From a virus (Duplodnaviria > Caudoviricetes): a DNA stretch of 38,978 nucleotides. Below are positions 8,894 to 16,436 of the stretch, one piece after another. The stretch covers positions 1 to 38,978 of IMG/VR virus record IMGVR_UViG_3300040733_000052, one strand, 5' to 3'. Positions within the stretch are counted from its first letter, which is position 1. Each line of letters opens with the position of its first letter. Under the pieces are notes generated by a model. It did not search any database, was not told the origin of the DNA, and saw only the letters and a list, made by a program, of their open reading frames with translations. The position numbers and the translations under genes were made by a program.

Positions 8894-9706
8894 ATGAAAA
8901 GAATGAATAAAAGTTACACGTTCCGATACGAAGCGTTGACTCCAATCAGTCACGGGGATGAAGGCGCGCTATCGACAATTATGCCTTTCCGAAGGCAGCG
9001 CGTGTACTGGGAAGGCGAATATTACGATATCCCGGTTGTGAGCGGGAATTCATTCCGGGGTGGAGCACTGCGGCGGAAAGGCATGAAACGTTTCTGCGAT
9101 CTCCTTGGACTCAAGAAAGAAAGTCTGCGGGCGAAGCCTTACTATCTGCTATTCAACGGTGGCGCGTTATCGAAGGGAGATTCGGATGTCTCTATTGGTG
9201 CGAAGAAAGAGTTCAGGAGGATTCTCCCGCTCGTATCCATCTTCGGCGGTGGTATCGACAACATGCTCCTTGAAGGGCGGATGCAGATCGGATTCATCTA
9301 CCCAATAGGCAAAGAAACGCAGGCAATTACGGGGATCCACTCGGATCGAAGCGTGTTTGAATTTTTGAACACTGTATTTTATACGCGCCGAGATGACTAT
9401 ATTCCGGAAGACCCCACGATGAAAGAGATGACGGTACAGATGAAGTATGAATGCGAGATTATGATACCGGGTACCAAATTCATCCAGCAGGTATCCGTTA
9501 CAACCGATGAGGAGCTCGAACTATCCGCGTTCGGCTTTTTGATGAAAATATTCCAGGAAGAACCGCATATCGGGTCTAAAGCGAACGTTGGGCACGGGTT
9601 CGTAACGTTCGAATCGAGCGGAAAACTTCCTGATAGTAAACCGTTCGAAGACTATGTAGAGAATAACAAAGAGATGATCATATCCTATATACGAAACTTA
9701 GCATAA
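8894..9706 (+). CDS. csf2: Type IV CRISPR backbone Csf2 (Cas7-family RAMP)
   Basis: RAMP motifs 'EALTPISHG', 'IPVVSGNSFRG', 'LLFNGG', 'PLVSIFGG', 'GRMQIG', 'TRRDD' and G-rich loop 'IGSKANVGHG'. Confidence 0.9.
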   Translation: MKRMNKSYTFRYEALTPISHGDEGALSTIMPFRRQRVYWEGEYYDIPVVSGNSFRGGALRRKGMKRFCDLLGLKKESLRAKPYYLLFNGGALSKGDSDVSIGAKKEFRRILPLVSIFGGGIDNMLLEGRMQIGFIYPIGKETQAITGIHSDRSVFEFLNTVFYTRRDDYIPEDPTMKEMTVQMKYECEIMIPGTKFIQQVSVTTDEELELSAFGFLMKIFQEEPHIGSKANVGHGFVTFESSGKLPDSKPFEDYVENNKEMIISYIRNLA

Positions 9707-9719
9707 GGAGGTGATATGA

Positions 9720-9812
9720 GTGGCTGAAAGAATTCTTAAATCAGGGAAGCTAACCCCTAACGCCAAATTCAAAGCAGCCAGTAGCGGTGGCGGAACAGTA
9801 ACAGGGAGATAG
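9720..9812 (+). CDS. Unannotated 30-aa basic peptide (MAERILKSGKLTPNAKFKAASSGGGTVTGR)
   Basis: AGGAGGT Shine-Dalgarno 7 nt before GTG 9720. The ORF fills the csf2-cysH gap, and its TAG lies 2 nt before the cysH ATG. Confidence 0.6.
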   Translation: MAERILKSGKLTPNAKFKAASSGGGTVTGR

Positions 9813-9814
9813 CT

Positions 9815-10582
9815 ATGGTCTCAAATGCAGAACAAAAGGAAGAAGACTTGTTATATGCGAAATTACCTATTTATAGAAAGCGGATAAATCAGGCCCGGGA
9901 GTACGTCTCCCGGTGTCTGGCCGCATCACATAAACCATGTGTATCCTTTTCCGGGGGTAAAGATTCCTCCGTATTACTTTCCATGGTTATCGAGCAACGT
10001 CCTGACGCGATGGTCGTTATGTATGATTCCGGCGCCGAGTTCCAGGAGACATTCGATATTATCGAACAAACGGAAAAGCGTTTAGGTATAACGATATACA
10101 TCCTTGAGCCGGAAATGAGTATGCTGGAGCTCAAAGCCTATTCGGATGCGTACGGGCCGATACATATTAGCGAGTACAAACGGGTGTTGATAGAGGATCC
10201 GTCGAGGCGAATAGCAAAAGAATACGGATGCGATATGTTCTTTATCGGATTACGAAAGGAAGAAAGCAATCATCGCCTGTTTGCCTTGTCACGGATGAAA
10301 GAACCGTACTATTACAGCGAGAAGATGAAATTTTTTATGGCTTACCCACTTATGAATCTCAAGGGGGAAGACGTCTACGCATACATTGCCGAAAACGATC
10401 TACCGTTGCATCCTTACTATACCGATCCTCGTATACACGTTGAACGGAATCTTCGGAGAGTATCTGGGTGGGCTGGGGATACAGCGGCGAGTCAAGGGCG
10501 GTGGTTGTGGCTCAAACTAACGCATCCGGGATTGTATGAACGGCTGTATGCAGCCGATGAAAGGGTTGGGTGGTATATATGA
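9815..10582 (+). CDS. cysH: Type IV-B-associated CysH-like PAPS-reductase-family protein
   Basis: 'VSFSGGKDS', 'YDSGAEF', 'IGLRKEES..R', 'YPL...DVYAYI...LPLHPYY'. Embedded between csf2 and csf3. Confidence 0.85.
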   Translation: MVSNAEQKEEDLLYAKLPIYRKRINQAREYVSRCLAASHKPCVSFSGGKDSSVLLSMVIEQRPDAMVVMYDSGAEFQETFDIIEQTEKRLGITIYILEPEMSMLELKAYSDAYGPIHISEYKRVLIEDPSRRIAKEYGCDMFFIGLRKEESNHRLFALSRMKEPYYYSEKMKFFMAYPLMNLKGEDVYAYIAENDLPLHPYYTDPRIHVERNLRRVSGWAGDTAASQGRWLWLKLTHPGLYERLYAADERVGWYI

Positions 10583-11289
10583 GGAACTTTAGAATAGAAG
10601 CTTTATTAATATCACCCGTAATTATTTATGAACCCCTGCATCTAGATTCGCTCTTATCATATGCGAAGAACATTATTCAAGGGCGAAGAGAAATCCCGCA
10701 ACGGATGGAAGACGCTACAATATTCGATGATTTACCGTTAGCAAGGGTTAACGACGTATGGTGTTCTAGCGCCGGCTTCGTTGTCGGGCGTGATTCGAAA
10801 GAAATAATTCACAAAAAATTCGAATATGCTTACGAAAACTTGATCGACTTCGAAGGTAAACGAGAAGTGATTTTTACGGGAGGACTATATTTTAAGAACA
10901 ATGCCAGACCTTTGATTGTTACAACGGCTGAGAAGATCATTTGGTTTGCAGTAGGGAATCAATCGGAGGTTAAAAAAATGCTGGATACGGTAATTCAAAT
11001 AGGGCGCGGGAGGGCTGTCGGGTACGGGGCAATCAAAGAATGGCGATATTACGGGATAGCAAAAGACAAGTCGTTTTTCTCTGGAAACAAAGCCATGCGA
11101 AAGATACCGATAGAAATGGCGCATTGCATAACATCGAAAATAGAACGTTGCGGATATAAACCCCCATATTGGGACAGAAGTACATATAAACCATGCTACG
11201 TGCCAATTTGGAAGCATCGTGAGCCGAAAGAGTTTGAGGCCTATACTGAAGAGTATTTCTGTTTGAGTGAGGAGAGTGAGATCGCATGA
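10579..11289 (+). CDS. csf3: Csf3 (Cas5-family RAMP), copy 1
   Basis: 'LISPV...LHLDSLL', 'VWCSS', 'IWFAVG', G-loop 'IGRGRAVGYG', C-terminal 'YKPPYWD'. ATGA overlap with cysH. Confidence 0.85.
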   Translation: MRNFRIEALLISPVIIYEPLHLDSLLSYAKNIIQGRREIPQRMEDATIFDDLPLARVNDVWCSSAGFVVGRDSKEIIHKKFEYAYENLIDFEGKREVIFTGGLYFKNNARPLIVTTAEKIIWFAVGNQSEVKKMLDTVIQIGRGRAVGYGAIKEWRYYGIAKDKSFFSGNKAMRKIPIEMAHCITSKIERCGYKPPYWDRSTYKPCYVPIWKHREPKEFEAYTEEYFCLSEESEIA

Positions 11290-11987
11290 TAAATCTTAGG
11301 ATAGAAGCGACACTGCAATCGCCAATTGTATTATATGACCCAATATTTTTAGATAGCATTTTAACGTTAGCAGTACATATTAGCCAAGGGCGGTATGAAT
11401 CCCCTATTAACTTCGAAGATATCATATACGTGGATATCCCGCTCGAAAAGTGCAGAGATGTCTGGTGCGCCAGCGCTGGGATGTTCGTCTCTCGGGAATC
11501 GAAAGAGGTCTGGCACAAGAAATTCGCATCGGAATACGAAGAGATGATAGATTTCGCGGGGAATAAAGAAGCAATAGTAACCGGTAACGGGCCGTATAGG
11601 TCATATGCTATGCCCCTGATAGTTAGTTCTACCCCGAGAGTAATTTGGTTTGCGCGGGGGGATAAAGTAGAAGTAGAAAAGTTGTTAACCTATATCACGG
11701 CATTAGGTAAGAAGCGTGCGATCGGGTACGGTCAGATTGCGAAATGGGTAGTAACCGAAATAGAGAATGACCGCTCGATAACGATGCCAGGTGGAGTATC
11801 AAGGCATATACCTACAGATTATGGGGATTATCCTAACAATAAACGAAGCGTATCGTATAAACCTCCATACTGGGATCGCAGATATTTCGTGGAATGTTAT
11901 CTCCCGCGGTGGCGGTTCCAGAGTGCCGAAGAATTCGAAGCGTATACCGGCGAACCCGCGGAATTAGCTCGGCACTGTGGCGCGTAA
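11286..11987 (+). CDS. csf3: Csf3 (Cas5-family RAMP), copy 2
   Basis: 'LQSPI...IFLDSIL', 'VWCAS', 'IWFARG', 'LGKKRAIGYG', 'YKPPYWD'. Colinear paralog of the preceding gene. Confidence 0.85.
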   Translation: MINLRIEATLQSPIVLYDPIFLDSILTLAVHISQGRYESPINFEDIIYVDIPLEKCRDVWCASAGMFVSRESKEVWHKKFASEYEEMIDFAGNKEAIVTGNGPYRSYAMPLIVSSTPRVIWFARGDKVEVEKLLTYITALGKKRAIGYGQIAKWVVTEIENDRSITMPGGVSRHIPTDYGDYPNNKRSVSYKPPYWDRRYFVECYLPRWRFQSAEEFEAYTGEPAELARHCGA

Positions 11988-11996
11988 GGAATCCTT

Positions 11997-12266
11997 ATGG
12001 TCTTTGTTACAGACCACGCAATACGCCGGTTCATAGAGCGAATCGCGCCGTACATCACATATGATCAGGCTAAGGAGATCATACTTGACGATCTCAAAAC
12101 GATACAACGTGAAGACGTTAAACAGGCGAAAAGCAACTATTATGTGCGCGTGCGATCGAAGTGGTTTGGGAAGCACGGCACACCATATAAGTATCGGCTG
12201 TTTATTGCTCCGCAAGAAAAGACTCCAGAAAAGGGCTTCCTCATAGTTACGATCCACCGAGGATAA
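11997..12266 (+). CDS. Small basic protein with an HAxxRxxER motif (DUF4258/RelE-like fold, possible RNase)
   Basis: 'VTDHAIRRFIERI' at the N-terminus and 'LIVTI' C-terminal strand; AAGGA RBS. Confidence 0.5.
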   Translation: MVFVTDHAIRRFIERIAPYITYDQAKEIILDDLKTIQREDVKQAKSNYYVRVRSKWFGKHGTPYKYRLFIAPQEKTPEKGFLIVTIHRG

Positions 12267-12290
12267 AGAGGCGCGAAAGCGCCTTTTTTT
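12265..12290 (+). terminator. Rho-independent terminator ending the accessory operon
   Basis: AGGCGC-GAAA-GCGCCT stem-loop followed by a T run. Confidence 0.9.
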
Positions 12291-12415
12291 ATTACATTGC
12301 ATACGTAATAGTGCGAAATACCGCGGAAAAACGAGTATATTTTAGTATCGTTTAGTATAGCATGTATAACTTATAACTATCAACTATTACTATCGATAAT
12401 CATTAGGATATAGCA

Positions 12416-12444
12416 TTGCAATACCAACCGAATCGGATTATACT
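12416..12444 (+). promoter_or_regulatory. Sigma70/SigA-type promoter
   Basis: TTGCAA-17 nt-TATACT; the spacer contains the palindrome CCGAATCGG. Confidence 0.7.
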
Positions 12445-12468
12445 ATTACTGTAGTAGATGAGGATGAG

Positions 12469-12489
12469 GGTCTTTGAAAAAGTGAATAG
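12469..12489 (+). promoter_or_regulatory. boxA-like antitermination element
   Basis: GGTCTTTGAAAAAGTGAATAG just downstream of the promoter resembles the boxA (TCTTTGAAAA) of Firmicutes-type rRNA leaders. Confidence 0.5.
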
Positions 12490-12523
12490 GAGCGAAGAAA
12501 AAAAAGCAAAGGAGGAGAAAGGA

Positions 12524-13180
12524 ATGCTTACGAAATGGTCTAAAACGATACTAACAAAAGGAGACAGCATAGAATACGGCTGTTACGACGCCCCGAACGG
12601 GACTCGATACCTGGCGCGATATCAAAGTCACTATTATCTGATCAATGACGATGGCACGGGTAATGGTTTTTTTGACTCCGGGGAGCCCGTATACATAACA
12701 AAAAAAGAAGCCCAAAGGCTTATTTTGCTTAAAACTTACAATAACATGACTTATTGGGATAAAGTAATTGAAGACGCAAACGCTGCCTTCGGGTGGCATT
12801 TATCCTCTTCAGTGCGTGAAGAATTGATAGAAAGCGAGAAGCCAACCCCTATGACAGCCATAGATATAGCTGATGGCTGTGGAATTGATGAATGGGGGAC
12901 GTTTGAAAGCGGTTATGAGGATTGTGAAAAAACATTCAAGCAGTTCCTCGATGAAGGCTGCAAAGTAGTAGTCTTGCGAGAAAAATGGTCAAACGGGGAT
13001 AAATACATAGGATTCAAGTTAATCACCTCAAATGGGGAATACCTTGCCGATATTATAATGCAACGTATCGACGGGGAAATCAGAACCTCTTTTACGTGTC
13101 TCGCAGGGTTAGGGCATCTCAAAAAAGATTTTGAAGCCTCTATAAAAGAATATTTTGTAAAAAAGAAGATGGAAATATAA
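12524..13180 (+). CDS. Hypothetical protein (moron-like)
   Basis: Likely start MLTKWS after AAGGAGG/AAAGGA. No recognisable family. Confidence 0.7.
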   Translation: MLTKWSKTILTKGDSIEYGCYDAPNGTRYLARYQSHYYLINDDGTGNGFFDSGEPVYITKKEAQRLILLKTYNNMTYWDKVIEDANAAFGWHLSSSVREELIESEKPTPMTAIDIADGCGIDEWGTFESGYEDCEKTFKQFLDEGCKVVVLREKWSNGDKYIGFKLITSNGEYLADIIMQRIDGEIRTSFTCLAGLGHLKKDFEASIKEYFVKKKMEI

Positions 13181-13205
13181 GGAAACAAAAAACGGGAGAG
13201 ATAAT

Positions 13206-13280
13206 ATGCGTTGGGACGACTTGCCACGCGAGGAGCTGGAAAGAATGACTATCGGCGAGTACGCCGGCGAAGAAGAATAA
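13206..13280 (+). CDS. Putative 24-aa acidic peptide (MRWDDLPREELERMTIGEYAGEEE)
   Basis: GGGAG RBS; stop codon immediately precedes a terminator. Confidence 0.4.
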   Translation: MRWDDLPREELERMTIGEYAGEEE

Positions 13281-13282
13281 TC

Positions 13283-13304
13283 AGGGCGCAGATGCGCCCT
13301 TTTT
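13283..13304 (+). terminator. Rho-independent terminator
   Basis: AGGGCGCA-GA-TGCGCCCT followed by TTTT. Confidence 0.8.
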
Positions 13305-13315
13305 GAGGTGATGAT

Positions 13316-13507
13316 ATGCTTATTACGGCTACGGATTACGCGAAGAAAAATAAGGTAGACAAACAGATGCTGATGCGCATCATCAAGCATCTGAAGGTTG
13401 ATCCGGTTCAGACGATCGGGAACGCGCAGATGTTCCCGGAAGAGTTGTTCGATCGGATGATCGAGGCGATAAATTCTATTCCACTTGACAAAAAAACAAA
13501 AACGTGA
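13316..13507 (+). CDS. Small HTH-type DNA-binding protein
   Basis: GAGGTGA RBS; 'ITATDYAKKNKVDKQMLMRIIK...IGNAQMF' resembles an excisionase/MerR-like winged HTH. Confidence 0.6.
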   Translation: MLITATDYAKKNKVDKQMLMRIIKHLKVDPVQTIGNAQMFPEELFDRMIEAINSIPLDKKTKT

Positions 13508-13513
13508 TATTAT
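13485..13513 (+). promoter_or_regulatory. Near-consensus promoter upstream of the packaging operon
   Basis: TTGACA-17 nt-TATTAT with extended TG. An alternative extended -10 (TGGTACAAT) lies at 13514-13522. Confidence 0.75.
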
Positions 13514-13581
13514 TGGTACAATAGCCGTAGGTATGAGATTATACCTGCGTGGATGGAAACGAATGTCTCGCCGCATAAATC

Positions 13582-13606
13582 AAAAAGGGCCTCCGGGCCC
13601 TTTTTT
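13582..13606 (+). terminator. Intrinsic terminator in the terS leader
   Basis: AAAAAGGGCC-TCCG-GGCCCTTTTTT perfect inverted repeat; could act bidirectionally. Confidence 0.85.
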
Positions 13607-13638
13607 GTTGGGGATTTACAGGGAATGGAGGTGATATC

Positions 13639-14004
13639 GTGGCAAAAACAAAATACGATCCGTCGCTAATTCCGGCTATAGAGATGTGGGCGCGTGATGG
13701 CCTCATCGAGTCCGAAATCGCTAAAAAATTGGGGATAGGATATTCCACGTTATCCCTCTGGAAAACTAAGCATGTGGAAATTGTAGAAGCCTTAAAAACG
13801 AACAAAGAAGCGGCAGATGCGCATGTAGAAAAAGCACTATACACCAAAGCCTTAAACGGCGATACCACCGCGCAAATCTTCTGGCTCAAAAACCGGCAGC
13901 CCGGCAAGTGGCGCGATAAGCGCGATATCGGCGTCGAAGGGCAGGTCGTAATAGATGCGTCGTTCGAGGACCTCGACGAAGAACCTGACACAGATAAAGA
14001 ATAG
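13639..14004 (+). CDS. terS: Terminase small subunit
   Basis: N-terminal HTH ('WARDGL...IAKKLGI..STL..WK') and 'AQIFWLKNRQPGKWRDK'; precedes terL. Confidence 0.85.
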   Translation: MAKTKYDPSLIPAIEMWARDGLIESEIAKKLGIGYSTLSLWKTKHVEIVEALKTNKEAADAHVEKALYTKALNGDTTAQIFWLKNRQPGKWRDKRDIGVEGQVVIDASFEDLDEEPDTDKE

Positions 14005-15208
14005 ACGTCTTCCTGACGCGATAATCAAATTAGGGAAAGCCTCCGACTGGATCAACGCGGCGTACATCCCGTACCTATCTGTGCGTGACCGATACGAGAT
14101 ATATTATGGTGGTGCCGGATCGGGTAAGAGCCACTTCATCGCGCAAAAGATTATCTACCGCACACTCCGGGAACGCGGGCACCGTTATCTCATAGTACGT
14201 AAGGTTGCGCGTACAAACCGACATAGTACGTATGATCTGTTCCGCAGCGTCATCGCCTCTTGGAAACTGCAATCGGTATTCAAAATCGACAAAACGGAAT
14301 TGGATATCACATTCACCGTACACGGGAAAGCGGACAACCAGATATTGTTTACCGGGCTCGACGATGTTGAGAAATTAAAATCGATCGCAGGCATAACGGA
14401 CATATGGATCGAAGAGGCATCGGAAATATCACCAGAAGATTTTACGCAACTTGACCTTCGACTCAGAGCCAAGACCCGTTACCCTAATCAGATAATACTG
14501 TCATTTAATCCGGTATCGGCTTACAGTTGGCTAAAGAAACGATTCTTTGACTCACCAGTAGAAAACACTTCTATCCTTAAGACGACCTACAAAGATAACC
14601 GGTTCGTCGATGACGCATACAAACAGGTAGTCGAAGGGCTTAAAGAGCAAGACCTAACCTATTATCAGATATATGCTCTCGGAGAATGGGGATCCCCAAA
14701 AGGGCTTATCTACAATAACTGGCGACTTACGAACGAGATTCCGGTATCCAGTACGGTAACTTACGGCCTCGATTTTGGATTCAACAATCAAACGGCGCTC
14801 GTAGAGATACGTGAGCACGACGGTGAAATATACCTGCGCGAACTTCTCTACCAAACGCATATAACCAATTTTGAGCTGATAGAAATAATGAAATCTATGC
14901 ACTTAACCGGCCGTCGCATCTATTGTGACAGTGCGGAACCAAATAGGATCCGAGAGCTGAGCGCGTCAGGCTTTATAGCATTATCCGCACACAAGGATGT
15001 ACTCAAGGGGATCGATCATGTGAAGAGCTTGAAGCTTCGAGTGTACGCTGAGAGTGTGAACCTTATTAAAGAATTACAATCGTACAAGTGGCGGGAAGAC
15101 AAAGACGGACGCGTACTGGATGAACCTGTGAAGTACCAGGATCACCTATGCGATGCGATGCGGTATGCGTTGTATACCGGCACAAAATCCGAATATGCGG
15201 CGTGGTGA
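13955..15208 (+). CDS. terL: Terminase large subunit (PBSX/SPP1-like)
   Basis: Walker A 'YGGAGSGKS', Walker B 'IWIEEA', 'SFNP', nuclease 'GLDFG' and 'DHLCDAMRYA'. Exact start uncertain. Confidence 0.95.
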   Translation: MRRSRTSTKNLTQIKNRRLPDAIIKLGKASDWINAAYIPYLSVRDRYEIYYGGAGSGKSHFIAQKIIYRTLRERGHRYLIVRKVARTNRHSTYDLFRSVIASWKLQSVFKIDKTELDITFTVHGKADNQILFTGLDDVEKLKSIAGITDIWIEEASEISPEDFTQLDLRLRAKTRYPNQIILSFNPVSAYSWLKKRFFDSPVENTSILKTTYKDNRFVDDAYKQVVEGLKEQDLTYYQIYALGEWGSPKGLIYNNWRLTNEIPVSSTVTYGLDFGFNNQTALVEIREHDGEIYLRELLYQTHITNFELIEIMKSMHLTGRRIYCDSAEPNRIRELSASGFIALSAHKDVLKGIDHVKSLKLRVYAESVNLIKELQSYKWREDKDGRVLDEPVKYQDHLCDAMRYALYTGTKSEYAAW

Positions 15209-15212
15209 TGAA

Positions 15213-16436
15213 ATGGCAGAAAAAATGAAAGTGGACACGAAGCAATACGTTGACCTATTAGATAGATTCTGGGAAATCCTCGGCGTGATCCTCAACGAAG
15301 ATGATCTCGATAACGAAGACAAAGAAAAGATGCTCACGCGTGACGAGACGATCAAGGCCGGGCTCAAGTATACGACAAATAACATCTACTCAGCGATCGG
15401 CAGGTATACGCATCCCAATGAACGAATCGATGAGACGATTAACCTGGCGCTCGATTTCTCAAACACAACTATCAGCAACGTGTTACAACGGATGATCTAT
15501 GAAGCACAAGGATACGGGTATGCGGTAGGTGAGATCATCTACATAATCGACAACGGCGTTGTCAAGGTATCGGATATCACGCGACTCGCCCCAATACAAT
15601 GCGCATTCAAAATCCAGCCCGACAAATCTCTTGCGGTTGAATACACGACAGTAAAATACGGGAAGATCATTCTACCACCAGAAAAATGCCTAATCCTACG
15701 TAACGGCGAAGGTATCTACGGGGAGAGCGTGTTACGTTCTGTGTTCTCCAGTTGGCAGTTCAAGACCGCTTTAAAAAAATGGTGGGCTGTGGCAATGGAG
15801 AAGTTTGCAATCCCAACGGTAGTAGTCGAGAGTGCGGACCCAAACGCTGCACGGGCAATATTCGCGTCGTGGTTTTCTAAGGCCGGTGTATCAGTACCGA
15901 TCGGTGACAAGATATCCACGTTACAGCCTGGGAGTGATATGGCTCACAGTTTCCAGGATTCGATCGAATACCTTAACACGTTGATCTTCCGGGGGTTACA
16001 GGTACCGCAACTTATATCCTCTGCTTCGGATACTGGGGCTTACGCAATGAGTAAGACACACATGCAACTCTTCCAGGATACGATGCGGGCACAAGCCACG
16101 AACTATGCGAACCAAATCCTAGACCAACTTGTTACGCGACTCGTTGAGTACAACTTCGGTGTACAAGAGGATTACGGTGAGTTCACGATCAATGTGCAAC
16201 CCAGCGTAGAGGATAAAGCGGCAATGGCTGGATACATAACCACGCTAATCAACGGTGGTGTAGTGGATCCAACAGAACCGTGGATCCGCGATATGCTGTC
16301 TATCCCTGAATACGAAGGGGCGGTGATACCGGATGCCGACAGCGGTAATGACAAAGACAGCGCTCAGTTACGCGGAAAACAGGATAACACATTACCTGAT
16401 GAGTCCGTGGAAACGGCTACGACAGGCGGTAATTGA
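15213..16436 (+). CDS. Portal protein (Mu gp29/DUF935-like)
   Basis: Follows terL; 'GYGYAVGEIIY', 'YGESVLR', 'EKFAIP', 'GAYAMSKTH', 'LVEYNFG'. Confidence 0.85.
   Translation: MAEKMKVDTKQYVDLLDRFWEILGVILNEDDLDNEDKEKMLTRDETIKAGLKYTTNNIYSAIGRYTHPNERIDETINLALDFSNTTISNVLQRMIYEAQGYGYAVGEIIYIIDNGVVKVSDITRLAPIQCAFKIQPDKSLAVEYTTVKYGKIILPPEKCLILRNGEGIYGESVLRSVFSSWQFKTALKKWWAVAMEKFAIPTVVVESADPNAARAIFASWFSKAGVSVPIGDKISTLQPGSDMAHSFQDSIEYLNTLIFRGLQVPQLISSASDTGAYAMSKTHMQLFQDTMRAQATNYANQILDQLVTRLVEYNFGVQEDYGEFTINVQPSVEDKAAMAGYITTLINGGVVDPTEPWIRDMLSIPEYEGAVIPDADSGNDKDSAQLRGKQDNTLPDESVETATTGGN

Noticed and set aside
9815-10582. cysH as an auxiliary metabolic gene for sulfate assimilation
   Set aside because: Lacks the ECGxH and Fe-S cysteine motifs and is embedded among csf genes.
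12291-12415. AT-rich region after the csf operon as a CRISPR leader or degenerate array
   Set aside because: Only 5-8 bp repeats; no 25-40 bp repeats separated by spacers.
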